Origin: Moniliella sp. 'wahieum'
Taxonomy: Eukaryota
DNA: 64,000 bases
Reading direction: 5' to 3'
Assembly (NCBI GenBank): GCA_003971905.1
Contig: RSEE01000018.1
Coordinates: 434,001 to 498,000 of the forward strand
Shown here: positions 11,190-24,211 of the stretch, in pieces
Position numbering within the stretch: the stretch's first letter is position 1
How the letters are laid out: every line of letters starts with the position of its first letter
Program-made: the position numbers and the translations under genes
The notes under the pieces: generated by a model
Seen by the model: the letters and a program-made list of their open reading frames with translations, nothing else
Told to the model about the DNA's origin: nothing
The model's database searches: none

Positions 11190-12070
11190 TAGAGTGCACT
11201 CCAAGTCCAACCAAGTTTGGCCTTTTGGGCAAACCTTGTACGGTGACCCGAGAGGCCACACGCATCCGTGCCACAATTGTTTTTACCCTCGCCCAATTGA
11301 AGTTGCTCTTTGTGGCCATAATGATGAGAACATCAAGGCTTTTCTCGGTGTCCCCATGGCAATTGTTGCTGCGTCCCCACGCCTACCTCTATCTTCTTCT
11401 CGTTGCCTCTGTGGAAACCAAAACCCCCTCTGTTTTATGTCTTCCTGTCTACCCCTCCATTGCATTCGTTTTCCCTTTTACATCTAGCCTGTATACACCC
11501 CTCTGTGGTTGGTGGGGATCTTTCCCCACCTTCCATTTTCGTCACACCTTCCACCTTTCCCATTCACCGCCTACCCGTTTACAGCAAATTGATCCAGGAC
11601 AGGCAACCTCGTCTCCACTTAGTTTATTCTCATCACCTTCCATCCTCGTTTTCAATCCCGTCTCCCCCGCCCCTCTCAAAGTTTTCATAGAAGTCGGTAA
11701 GCCCCTCCTTTCTGGTCACGTCGAGTTTTCCGTCCTGTGGTCTTGTCGCATGAATTCTTTTCTAGGGGGGAATGCCGTCCTGTACAGTTCCGGCTCTAGC
11801 ATTGTTTATCCCCCGCTGCTCTCCCCGTCTCTGATTCCGGCGGTTCGCTTCGGTCACGTTACTATTACTGCACAAGCCGGTGCATACCCACAGTCTTTTG
11901 CCACACATGTGAAGGCGCCTGCTATACGCTGGAAGCCACTTCTGTGTCCCTATTAGCTCCGCTCGGATCCACCAACCAGCTCAGCATGAAACAAGCGTGA
12001 GTCCTCCTTCCATTCTCCAAGGATCGTACCCCACAAACCTGGGCGAACCCTCTTGCGGTGCCTGTGGACA
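11190..12070 (+). repeat. Unidentified dispersed repeat, copy 1 (inverted homolog at about 50910-51750)
   Basis: Shared collinear blocks include GTGGGGATC(C)TTT(T)CCCCACC, CACGTTACTA...GGTGCATAC, TAGCTCCGCYCGGATCCAC and GTACCCCACAAACCTGGGC. Clear over 11510-12070, weaker upstream. Confidence 0.75.
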
Positions 12071-12284
12071 GTGTGCAACTGAAGAGAACACTGTGGTTGT
12101 GGCACCAACTATATATAGCCCACAATATAAGCGCGACGGTTCCCTTCTCTCGGTGCATTCCGGATTACTCTTTCCTGGTGGGGAGGAATCTTCTCTAGCC
12201 ACTGCAGCTCATATTCGTGCAATGTAACCCCCACGAAAACTATTTGCTCCAAGTCTGATGGTTTTCTACAGTCTTGTGAATTAG

Positions 12285-12745
12285 AGGAGCGTACCGGAGG
12301 GTGGTTCACGAGAGCACCGTGACGCCTTAGTTGGAACGCCGGGAGAAGGAGCTGCTTCGGCTGCTGGAGCAAAATCAGAATGCGACAAGAAAAAGTATCA
12401 GGGGCGCACTCAAGAGCCGTTTTCCCCTGGTTTTGACGATGTGAGAATACTACGGCACCAAGATAGCTGGCAAGATGCTTGCGCACGGAAGGATTGATTA
12501 CTGAGAGTCTCAATGGAAATGGTTCCTCGCTGGGATGTCTACCACGTTCATCGTGTCCACATGCACTACCTCGGGTACGGGACCGGATGGCGAACACCAG
12601 AGGACCCTGATATCCTGGTGATTCCCCTGGTTCCTTAATAGGGGTGGCCCTTCCAAGCAACACACGCAAGATAAACGGGTCGGTTTAGGCGTAGCGTTCC
12701 CTGTCCCAAAAGCCTCAAGCTCTGTCAATGATACTGGATGCAGAG
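12285..12745 (+). mobile_element. 5'-truncated CRE/Cnl1-like element, C-terminus and 3' UTR (copy F)
   Basis: Reverse-complement match to 8873-9335 with long identical runs, e.g. TTGGAACGCCGGGAGAAGGAGCTGCTTCGG and GGGTCGGTTTAGGCGTAGCGTT. Confidence 0.85.
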
Positions 12746-13246
12746 TGGTTACGCCCGTCAGAGACGAACCAATGAATGTATTCCGTACCGCTGATCGCGG
12801 ATCGCTGATAAGAGAGGTAGGGTTAATCCAGTTACCGGTGATCTCACCGGTATCGGTTCTGTGGGATGCGTGCCGATGCATGACTGTGGTGGATGATGCA
12901 TGATGATCGATGACGCCAATGGGGGGCTGAGGCTCAGCTGCGCAGACCCACTGATCGCGATCGGTGATCATCGATTGATTGATTACGGATTGAGGATGTG
13001 CGCAGAGGGGCGCTGCGCTGCACTGCACGGCACTGCACGGCACCTGTGCACGCCTGGTCGGCGCTACGCTGAGCTCAGCGGCCGGCGATGGCATCGAGGC
13101 CCGCAGCCGCTCAGCCCATCATGCATCATGCGTGTGCGTGTCACCCCGTCCCTCAACCTCATTGTTCTCGTCCACACCCGCCCCCTCTACTGCCTAGCAG
13201 CCCTGTCGCCACCTTCCCGCCCTCTCCTTTCCCTTGCTCCTCGTCC

Positions 13247-14524
13247 ATGCCCCCGTCTGCGTCGGATCCCTTCCGGACAGAGGCAGTGGATCATCCCCTG
13301 CTCTCCCCGCGCCCAAGCACGTCTGCGGCTGCAGACAGTGGTATTTTGATGCCGGCGCCTCGCTCGATGCCTCGCCCGACCCTGTTGGCCAGTCGACACG
13401 ACCTGCCCTCCGACCCAGGTCAGGTGTCCCCCACGACCTACTCCCATAGCAGACTTGATCGGGGTCCGTCTCGCCCTCGCTGTCGTCGGTCGGGCATGCG
13501 CATGCCAGGGGCGTGTACACAGTGTGGCTCAGGAGGAGCGGCGGCCGATGCGAGGGTGGTCGGCTCGGGGCTGGGACAAGACGGTGTGTTCTCCAAATGA
13601 ACGCCAAGCCGAGGCCGCAGGCAACCGCCCCAATGCTGGCAGGAGGGTGACCGAGGAGAAGATGATGATCGGTACGTCTCCACCCTTATCTGTCCAGGGT
13701 GGGTGAACTGAGATTTGGCTTGACTGCACAGGCAGATGACGAGGCGCCTCATCATACGCTGCGCTGCGGATGCAGTCCACCCTACTGGGAGACCACCTTG
13801 TCCACCGTTCTTCCTCATCCTCTTGCTCCTGCGGCAGTGGCTGGACCCCCGACTCGGCACGGTCGGGGCAGTAGAGGATTTGATTGTTGAGGGCTTGCCA
13901 GTAGGCAACTTATGGCTTGATGTGGAACCTGCTGGTTTCGGTCAGTTCCAGTTTGTTGGCTTCCTTTTAACCTTCCTACTTCATACCACCCATGCGGCCA
14001 AGACGGGGTCGCGGGCCGGCCTGGGGATCACCTTGGTCCAGTACGGCGCTTCGCTTCGAGCCTCGTCGGAACGGCTACGTACCGATTCGGGCAGCGGGTC
14101 AAGCCAATCCTCGGGTCACAATGGGGACGCTGGACACGGAACACAGGACGCACCTGACGTGGGGACGGCCGAATGGCTTTCGTGGACCTTGATTGGCCTT
14201 GGCTCCCTTATTTTCCTTGCCAGTCTCGTGTCGTACCTCAAGCTGTGGCGGATGGGTTCCAAGCTGGTTCTGGCGGCACGGCGACAACAAGCTGATACGG
14301 AGGCAGCAGCTGCGCCATCGGATGCTTCTCCCTCTGCTTCGTCTCCCGAGCGGAGGAGCGTGATGGATGTGTTCCGCGCTGTCATGAGGCACAATCGCGA
14401 GCGCGCTGGGTCAGTCCGGCAGGATGGCGAGCGATGGGCTGTGCCGGCCCCTGTGTTCCAACTAGATGAGCTCGAGGAGGCGGGGGAGGTGGAAGAGGTG
14501 CCTCTTCGCCCAGCGTCACCCTAG
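13247..14524 (+). CDS. BSD2: Bsd2 / NEDD4-family-interacting membrane adaptor; frameshifted
   Basis: GLGQDGVFS, PPYWETT, DLIVEGLPVGN and FQFVGFLLTFLLHTTHAAKTGSRAGLGITLVQYG motifs. Probable intron 13672-13731. Start uncertain. Confidence 0.85.
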
Positions 14525-15310
14525 CGCCTTTGGCACCTTCACTTGCATTGCCCTGTTTTTTAACCTTCTCTCAGCCCTGCCTGTGGACATTTGCGTCATG
14601 CATATACTGTACCCTACCTCTTCTTATTATTAGCCACCACACTGTGTGAACCAGTGTTGCAGCAGTCCGTGGAACTACGGGCATGATGGATAAGGAAAAC
14701 GTTTCGAGCTGGAGACGATGTCATGCAGGAGACACTAAGGGATACAACAAGGGCCGTGGGTGTAGATATACAACAGAATACGCATGCATGATAGGAGGCA
14801 GAGAGCTTCATTCGTTCTTCCATACCACGGGAGGAGGGCGCCCAGATGTGCCGACCTGGAAGCCAGAACAAAGAGGATGGTCAGAACCGCCGGCAGAGGC
14901 ATGAGCGGGCAGGGGTCAGACAAAGCGCAAGGTTGATGCCAGGGGGCGCACGAAGGCACCCGGGCTCTAATACATGTCTGAAAATACAAGCATCATATGG
15001 GACTGAGGCAGGAAGGGGGGGCGCGTGCATACCCAGCAGAGATGGTGGAGGTGGCAGCCAAACCACGAAGGCAGGCCGAGGGGGACGCGACAGCTGCCCC
15101 GGAACCCTACCGCCGTGTCCCGGGCTGCTCTGAGGCGGAAGCCGGAGCGGAAGCGGAAGCGGAAGCGCCCGAACTGAAATTGCAGCTGACATCAGCCGGC
15201 CGCCGCTGGGCACGCCGCCCAGAAGCGACGCGTCCAAACTCCACTGCGCCGCCGTCGTCGTCCGTCCTTCTCTCGGCGCGCCACACACTCGTCCCTCGCC
15301 TTGGCCCCCC

Positions 15311-18300
15311 ATGCCACGGAGAACACGCGCTGCTGCCGCCTCGCCCGAGGGCGACGCGCAGCCCCACCTCCCCTCCGATGGCCACGAATCCACCCCAGAC
15401 ACGTTCCCCGGCGAGAGCAGCCCTGCCGCCGCTCCACCGCTCCACCTCACTCCCGTCCCCGCCGCATCCGCATCACAGCCCACTCTTCGGGAAGCCAACA
15501 GGCTCAGGCTCAAGCCTCCCTCGAGCCAGGCTCCCCGCACGCGTTCCCTGACCCCGATCCTCCCGGCCCCGCTGATGACGAGCCCGTCCACACACGCCGT
15601 TCCTCGCGCGCTGCTTCGCGCATCGCCTCCCACAAACTATCCAACCCGCACGAGTCCGACCCTGACGCCGATGTCGATGCTGATGCCGAGGCCGAGGCCG
15701 ATGCCGAGGCCGATGCCGAGGCCGATGCCGATAGTGACCGTGACAGAGAGGATGGCGAAGGTGATCATGGGGACGATTATGTGAATGAGGACGAAGCGCA
15801 GGCCGGTGGGCACCACTAGAAACGGGCGAATCACTCGCCGGTCGCAAGCATTTCATGCCAACAACGCTGATAACCAAGCGGACGAGACGGACGACAATGA
15901 TGATGGCCCTTCTCACCGTCTTCGTCGTTCCAAGCGGGACTCGACTAACATGCACAATATGGAAGCAAACGATATGGACGATGAAGATATGGGACCGATC
16001 CTAAGGGCCCGCACGCGCCGTCGCAGCTCACAGCGCACCTCTGATGATCAAGAGCAGCCTCGGCGGACGAGTACGGCGCAGACGCGAGTCCAAGAGCTGG
16101 CGCGCACACGCAAGGCGGCGCTCAAAAACAAGAGCGCGCAATATCAAGGGCCTCGGTACAGTCGTGCTACCAGCGCCGAGGAGCCTGAGGATGACGAGGA
16201 TGGGCCCGTGGTTGGCGGGCACCGTCTCCGCAGTCGAAATAAGCCCAGAGGGAAGCCCAAGAAGAGCAAGGTTCGCCTGTCGGACGAGGAAGACTTCGTT
16301 AGTAGCGACGCGGCCAGCGCCACCTCCACCGAGTCAGAAGCGCTTGATATGACTGCTTCAGAGGAAGAGGTACCCGAGAGCCAAGGTATGCGCCTTCGAG
16401 CCCGGAAGGAGGTCAACTATACGGCCCCCCAAGTGGTTGCACCCAATGCCGGTTCCCCGCGTCGCCCTCGCCCCTACACGGGACTTAATGGCCCTAAATG
16501 GGCTAATCCGGGCGCACAGCGCGGCGGTGGCGACCTTCCTTTTGGCGGAGCCGACCTGGGACCAATTGCAGTCCATCAAAGGACCTAGCCCGTGCGTTTG
16601 GTGAGCGCACAGAGTCTTCGGATAGCGACGACTATGCCAAAAAGACCCGAGCTGGGGGGAAGGGGAAACTTCCTGGGGTTGGGCTACGGGTGCCTGGAGC
16701 CATCCCAGGCGGATTGTTGGGCAATGGAGATGCCGGGGGGACGGGGTGCAAGGCGATCTGTCAGGGAATGGTGCAGCAGACACAATGGGTCGACTGAAGA
16801 CGGGTGAGACCCCATGGCAGATATTGATCCGGGAACCAACATGCAAGTCAATTTGATGCGGTCGGAGGCCTGGATGACACATTGCAACAACTCAAGGAAA
16901 TGGTCACTCTGCCTCTCCTTTACCCTGAGCTGTACCAGCGCTTCCACATCACCCCCCCCGAGGCGTCCTCTTCCACGGCCCCCCGGTACAGGTAAACACT
17001 TGTGGCCCGTGCGCTGGCCGCGAGCGTATCGGGGACCCAGCCAACTGTTCCCGACGCCAAGGAGGCATCCACTTCACAAGCTACCGAGGGCGCTTCTACT
17101 TCGACCGACCGGCCGGCACCTCAAGCTGTACAAGAAGGCCAAGGCCAGAAAGTTGCATTCTTTATGCGCAAGGGCGCCGACGTTTTGTCCAAATGGGTTG
17201 GCGAAGCGGAGCGGCAGCTCCGCCTTCTCTTCGAGGAAGCCAAACGGTCCCAGCCTTCAATCATCTTTTTGACGAGATTGATGGTCTTGCTCCTGTACGG
17301 ACAGCAAGCAGGACCAGATCCATGCTTCCATTGTGTCCACTCTTCTCGCCCTTATGGACGGTATGGACGGTCGTGGTCAAGTGGTTGTCATTGGTGCTAC
17401 CAACCGACCCGACTCGGTCGATCCTGCTCTTCGTCGCCCTGGGCGATTCGATCGCGAGTTCTATTTCCCCCTGCCCTCTCTGCCGGCCCGCGAGTCCATC
17501 TTGCGTATCCATACGCGCAAATGGGACCCTCCCCCTGACCCATCGATGCTCCATCGGCTTGCTGAACTCACCAAAGGCTACGGCGGTGCTGCCTGCGAGC
17601 CCTCTGCACTGAGGCGGCACTTAACGCCGTCCAGCGCACTTATCCCCAAATTTACCAGACCACGAACCGCCTGCTGCTTCATCCTGAGAACGTCAAGGCA
17701 ACGCCCAAAGACTTTGCTGGCCATTAACAAGATTGTTCCTTCCTCGGCGCGCTCTGCCTCTTCCCAAGCCACACCCCTCTCAGACCACCTCAAACCTCTT
17801 CTTGCCGATGCAGAGACGGAAGCACAGAATATGTTGGAAACACTCTTGCCGCCCGCCAAGCAGCGTACTGCATTGGAGGAGGCTATGTGGGAAGACCCGT
17901 CGCCCCACCTGGGCGGGGACACGTTCAGTCACGAAATTCTCCTGCAACAGTTTTCTTCCCTCCGTGTCTATCGCCCAGGATGCTGATTCATGGTTCTGGC
18001 GGAAATGGACAGAAGGAGATTGCCCGGGCATTGCTGTACAAGTTGGAAGGATACCACGTCTCCAGCTTAGACCTCCCGGCCTTGTTAGGCGATTCCAGCC
18101 GGCCCCCCGACACTGCTTTGGTCCAGCTCTTTGTTGAAGCACGGCGCCATAAACCAGCGGTGCTCTTTGCGCCTTCGCTCCAGTCTTGGACGATTGAGAC
18201 CATTCCCCGATCTACGATCACCCTCATGCGTTCGCTGCTTGATGGTTTGGCTACTGATGAGCCAGTGTTGCTCCTTGGCGTGGCCGACTGTCCTCGGGAG

Positions 18301-20019
18301 GAGCTCGATCCTGAGGTGGCAGGGTGGTTTGCTGAGCGGGGAATGAGGCTTGAACCGCCCTCGCAGGCGAAGCGTCATGCTTTCTTCTCGCCTCTCCTCT
18401 CCTACCTTGCTCAGCCCCCGCCTTTCTTCCCCGGCGGTGTGCCCAAGGTCCGCCGCATTCTACCCGACCTTCCATTGGCTCCCGCTCTTCCGCCGCGTCA
18501 ACCGACCAAGGCAGAGTTGCAAGAACAAATTGCTTCGGACGAACGATTGCTGGAGCAACTCAAATTCAAACTAGGGGCCTGTCCTTGCAGAATTGCGCAA
18601 GAAGTTCAAAGTGTTCACCAAGAACGTCTGGGTACGCATCCTCCCTTTATTAGGTGCCCTGAATGCGAAACTGACATTCTGTGCAGTAGGAGTACAATCT
18701 CATATCTGACTCCAACCCCCTGGAAACGCGAGAAGGGGCAGTACATTCTGGACCTTCCCTACGACAAGTCCCCCGAGGAGATTGAAAAGAACCGTCGTGC
18801 CCGGGCTGCCGCCAAGCGGGCAGAGACGATGCGGAAGAAGCAGGCCAAGCAGAGCCGACGGATCTCCATCCACCAGCTGACCAACCCAACTCCAGACTCG
18901 GCCTCTGGCCTGGGTGGGAACGGGGAGGAAGCGAATGGCCAAGCCCAGTCGAATGGTCATGTCATTGCCGCAGAGGGCGATGTGGCTACGGGCGAAACCG
19001 CTTCCCTTGCGGCTAACCAACGATTCCGGGCGATCAGGGGGAGAATGAGCCTCCACTGGACGTGTCGATGCAGGAAGCCGGCCGCTGAAGATGCCGAGGT
19101 GAACAAGATGTGGACGAGGGTCACGGCGGGCAGCACAAGCAGTGATGAGGAGGAGGCCGATACGATTACCTGGCAGCGCACTGTGCTCTACACGACAACG
19201 CTGGAACGGATGCAGAAGAAACTGTACTATGACCAGTACATGTGGTCTCGGCCTTTGTCCAGGACCTCCAACAGATCACACACAACGCCGAGGCGGCCGA
19301 AGTGGTGGATGGCGAGCGGGCTCTCAAGGCGCACCAGATGCTCAACATGGCCAGCATCCTCCTCGACCAATTTGTCGAACCTGCCTTCCGAGCCGAGTGC
19401 GAACGCATGGCAGTCCGAGTGGCCCAGCGCCAGTTGGCTGAGGGGTCGAAGGAAAAGGAAAAGAATGAGGAGGAGGAAAAGAAAAAGGGTAAGGGCAAGG
19501 GCAATGAAAATGAGAACGACAAGGGGAAGGAAAATGAGAAGGAAGAGGAAAAGGAAAAGGAGCAGGAACAAGCACCTGCCCCAGTACCAGGGAGTGTGCC
19601 CGGTGCGGACCAGGTTGAGGTGGGTCCCACCGTCCCCATCCCTATCGGCCCAGGGACTGTAAGCCCCCAAGACTTAACGGCTTCAAACGCCTGCATGAAG
19701 ACGGGCCAGAGGCGACATCGGCGTCCAAGAGAACTCGCTTGGTGGAGCTCTTGTCCCCTGCGCCCACAGCCGAAGCCCCCCGTTGTCCCTGACCATCACC
19801 TCGTCTTATCCCCCTCTGGTCGCTGAGGTGCAAAGCAAGCTCGATGGTCTGGAAGGGTTTAGTGTCGAGGAACTCGAAGCGGTGCGGGCGGCGTGCTTTG
19901 ACCGTCTCTGGGCGCAGCGATCCAGCTGGGATCGAGACCCTGTGGCGCGGTCCATGGTGCAAGCGATTTCCCAGGCAGTCAGTGCATGGCAAAGCCGATT
20001 GGAGCGCGAGGCGGAGTAG
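15311..20019 (+). CDS. YTA7: Yta7/ATAD2 AAA+ ATPase histone chaperone; many frameshifts
   Basis: Acidic N-terminus, GVLFHGPPGTGKTL Walker A, FFMRKGADVLSKWVGEAERQLRLLFEEAK, DEIDGLAPVR, STLLALMDGMDGRGQVVVIGATNRPDSVDPALRRPGRFDREFYFPLP, second degenerate AAA and bromodomain-like region. Intron 18632-18689. Confidence 0.95.
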
Positions 20020-21772
20020 GGCAAGGCGCATCGCATCCCACAGCTTTCTTCTTCTACGAGTAATAGTAATTGCATCCATCAACATATCGCGGGCCTGTTA
20101 GACGCAGATGTGTGGATGTGTTCTCTGATTCCATCCCCACCGCCTGTACGGGGATGTAGATGTTGTGCTATCTATCATACTACGCCATCCCACCAGACAT
20201 AAGCTCAGACTACAGGCGTTTTACAAGCAGAGGTCTTTTTGTTCCACGAGAGGGACCAGCACGCAGGAATATACAGAGAGAGAAGAGAATGAAGGATTTA
20301 TCGAAGTGGGATGTGTGGGCATCGCAGAGGGGCTGACTTCCTGGCGGAAGGACGTTTTTCGCGCTGGCTTATTGCAACTGAGTAAGTGTCTGCACCTTCT
20401 CTTTCTGCTTCAATGTTTGTACAACTACGGGGGGTGGACGCTTCTTGTGAGAGGGGGTACAATGATGTTGACGCTTGAGACAGAGAGTGTGTGACTCGGA
20501 CATTAGTGCGGAGGCCTGTGCGGGCCTCTCATCTGGAAAGATCGTGACCTGCTGCACCAATCATTTAATGATGACCCGCGGCCCCACCTTCTTTCTCAGT
20601 GCTGTGTGCTAGCCCATATCAACATGGGCATATGTATAAAGCTTATAAAGTACCTCCCCGCTGCTCCACACTTATCAAGACGCTATCGCCGTATTTCCGA
20701 ATACAAACGCTGCGGGTGAGGTCTGAGAGAAGATCTATATCAGTTATCTACCTCCTTTATGCTTTTTATGTTTGCTATGGCGCTCACAACGCATCCTCTG
20801 AATTGGCTGTGCATGTCAGAGGCTAGCGCGGTTAGCACCTCTATCAGCCAATCGCCTGTGGTTGTGCCGCGGATGCACTTCTGTTTACAGTACTAGTACT
20901 GTACCATCTGAGATCTGACCCCCGACTCCCTCTACTGCGCCCAGCCTGCTGATAGATACGCTTCTTATTTGCATTCGTTCGTCGTCGCTAAAGTATACAT
21001 ATGCCATTGCATAAAAAAACGTATTTTATGACAGTAGAGAGAAGCCACGGGGGGCTAGGTTTTGCAACTGAAGGTGTGGAAGCCACTTGTCTGGTTGATT
21101 CAAAGAGGCAGCTTTTTTGAAGCTTGAAGTTTGCACATTGATCGATGAAGGACTCTTTCATCTTAGATCTTATTGGCTGCCCCATATCCTTCTGGGTAGT
21201 CGCTCCGCGATGCATGACTACGCGGTCGTTAGTCAGCATGTGTGTCGTGCTAAACTGTCTCACTGTTTCATGTTGCGGTTGTTCGCATTATTGTCAGCCG
21301 CTCGCTCTCAGCTGGCAAGCGCTATCCCACTGCTCTCCCTCCTGCGCCACCATCCCGCAGACCTCCACAATCTGGACCAAGACTCGGCCTGTGCTGTCTG
21401 TTTACTACGCGAAACTAAGCTGAGCCAAATACGACAAGGCGTTGAGGTGCACAGGGGCCTACTGGCCCTCTCTGTGAGATTTTGTGCTACTGTTGATGAT
21501 ATAATACGTTACCGATCCTCGGCGACTGCCCGTCATCGATCATCTGGCAAGCTTCCAATCTCCTGTCGTTCAGCCTCAACCGCACCCTCGTAGGACATCC
21601 TTTACAGCATTTTACCTCTCTACTCCTACTTCCGCCACCGATACCTTCGCCTCCCCTCTGGAACCCATATAAATACCCGTCCTAACTCACGGTCAACAAC
21701 TGCGTCAACCCTCAGCAGTCATCTCTTCGGTTCTGGTGTACTTCCATCACCTATTTTCCTTTCCTTTTTGTC

Positions 21773-23709
21773 ATGAACTCACAAAAGGATGTTACGGAAA
21801 GCGCCCAGGCGTCAACCGAAAACTACGCCAAGAAGGACTTTACCGGCGACATTGCCACTGCTAAAAACTCAAGCGGGGATCTAGACGCGCCTACGACGCA
21901 TGTCGTTGCCGCCGAACCAGGCGGAGAGTACGAAAAAGCGAACGGCCATGACGAAGACGACGAATTGGAGGCACGCATGGGCTACAAGAGCGAATTCTCA
22001 AGAGAGTTCAAGAGCTTAAGCACCATCTCGTTTGCTTTTTCAATCATGTTAGTCGATCCCTTCCATTTCCATTGTTGCTATGTTGACAAAGAATCATCCA
22101 CTGACCATTACCTTTAACCAATGCAGGGGCCTGGTGTCTTCAGTCACTTCTACCTTCAACACGCCTTATCAAGCTGGAGGTCCCACAGCTGTCGTATGGT
22201 CTTGGTTCATGGGCTCATGCTTCAACATGGCGCTTGGATCAGCCATTGGTGAGATCGTATCGGCATATCCTTCTGCTGGGGGTTGTATTCAGCCTCTGGC
22301 CTTGTCGTTCCACGCCGTTGGGCGCCCATTGTTGCTTGGATCACAGGCTGGCTCAATTTCACTGGCCAAATTGCCGGCATTGCGGGGACGGGGTGGGGCC
22401 TTACATCTATGCTTTGGGCGTATGCATATGTGGCCAATGGGTACATCCCAGCACCCAACGTGTACGAAACCAACACAGGCGCGTACGTTGGTCTCTACAT
22501 TACTATCATGTGCATCCATGGTATGATTTGTAGCTTCCCCAATCGTTGGCTAGCCAAGTTCACTTCAAGTTACGTCTTTATCAATCTGGGCGCGACTGTT
22601 GTCACGGCTATTGTGTGCCTGGCCCGGACGCCCTCAGACGAGATGCTAAGTTCGCATGATGCAGTGGGAAATTTGCAGGATTACACCGGGTGGGGGTCCA
22701 AGGCAATGGCGCTTTTTATCGGTCTTCAGTCTGTCCAGTTTGTAATGACAGGTACGTCCTTTTTCTTTTTACCCTATAGCATTCTCGTATGTATAACTGA
22801 CTCGTGTTTCGTGTTGAATCCATCAGACTACGACGCTAGCGCTCATATGTCCGAGGACATTGCTCGGGCTTCTGTTGCAGCTCCTGTTGCGATCTTTGTC
22901 GCCATTGTCGGCACCGGCTTGTTTGGGCTATTCCTTAACATTGCGATGGCCTACAGCTCAGGTGGGATTGATTTGAGCAACACAGACAACATGCCCGGGG
23001 GCTAATCTTTGCCCAGATTCTTCGTGTGCGCGCCACCAAGACAGGGTTTCTCATCATTTGGCCTTTCATCATGGCTGTTGCATGGTTCGTAATCCAGACT
23101 TCTCTCCAGGCCAATGCTCGATCATTCTATGCCTTCTCTCGCGACGGCGGTCTGCCCGACAAGAAGTTCTTTGCTCGGATCAACAGCAAGACCAAGCAGA
23201 CCGTCAACGCCGTCTGGCTCGTCGTCGCTTTAGACATTCTCATCATCTTCTTGGCGTTTGCCTCCCGTGTAGCCGTGGAGGCTGTTTTTTTCTCAGCCTT
23301 AGGTATGGATACGTCGTACCTCATCCCCATCATCTGTCGGCAAATCTTTCAAGACCATCCAGAGGTCCAATTCCAGCCGGGTCCCTTTTATTTAGGCCGG
23401 GGGTGGTGTTCATACCTGGGAAACGCCATCGCAATCGTTTGGACCACGTTTGAAGTGACTGTCTTGTCCTTCCCTACCGTTCGGCATTACGGCGCAACAA
23501 CATTCAATTGGAGCTGGGTGATCATGTGGGGCGTCTTGGTTATCGCCATGACGTGGTATGCACTCTTCGCGTGGAAGACCTACCACGGTCCCATATCCAC
23601 TCTCAACAAGTCCCAGCTGGAGAAACTTGGAATCGTCGACCGTCAGGAGGACGGCAGCAATCTTGCCGTGCCCATCGAGCCGCAGAAGGATGACGACATC
23701 TCAAAATGA
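21773..23709 (+). CDS. APC-superfamily amino acid/GABA/choline permease (Uga4/Hnm1-like)
   Basis: LEARMGYKSEFSREFKSLSTISFAFSIM, GGPTAVVWSW, EIVSAYPSAGG, WITGWLN, YDASAHMSE, SFYAFSRDGGLP, FQPGPFYLG. Introns 22048-22126 and 22752-22826. Confidence 0.93.
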
Positions 23710-24211
23710 TCACAGGTGTGGGTACCTGCATCAGGCTGGGCATAAGTTCGTCCTCACCTTCCCCATCTCTACACTACCCCCTCTTTCCTTTACTTCATTT
23801 CTGATTCATCCTGTCCTGCCTGTCTGGACTCCCCTGTGGGGCATTCGCGTACCCATCGTTGGCGCGTATCTCTTCCAACTCTGAACATGATGCGTGCTTG
23901 GGCCCTACTTGTGCCCCTTCCCGCCTACAGTCCCTCCATTTGAGCCACGCACTGTATATACCTACTCGAGGCCTATGTTGCGTATATGTATCTCCCCTCG
24001 AGGCCCATTTGTCCTAAGATTGCGTCTTCATCATACTGTTTCCAACGCAACAGTATGAATCCCGCCATCAATCATAAAATCAGTTGCAGTTCAGTTAATA
24101 CTCGGGAACACAGAGCAACGGAACCGGTCGCAGCAGGAGCTCGAGTGTTGATGGGAAGGACTTGGTAAGGTCTAGAATTACATTACATGGAGGCGCCTGA
24201 GAGCGATAGAC

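Noticed and set aside
8873..12745. Copies E and F as terminal inverted repeats of one 3.9-kb DNA transposon
   Set aside because: The arms are diverged, differ in length and have no flanking target duplication. They are better explained as two independent retroelement 3' ends in opposite orientation.
12719..12745. SECIS-like AUGA...GA hairpin in the retroelement tail
   Set aside because: The helix is far too short for SECIS geometry and there is no associated in-frame UGA selenoprotein ORF.
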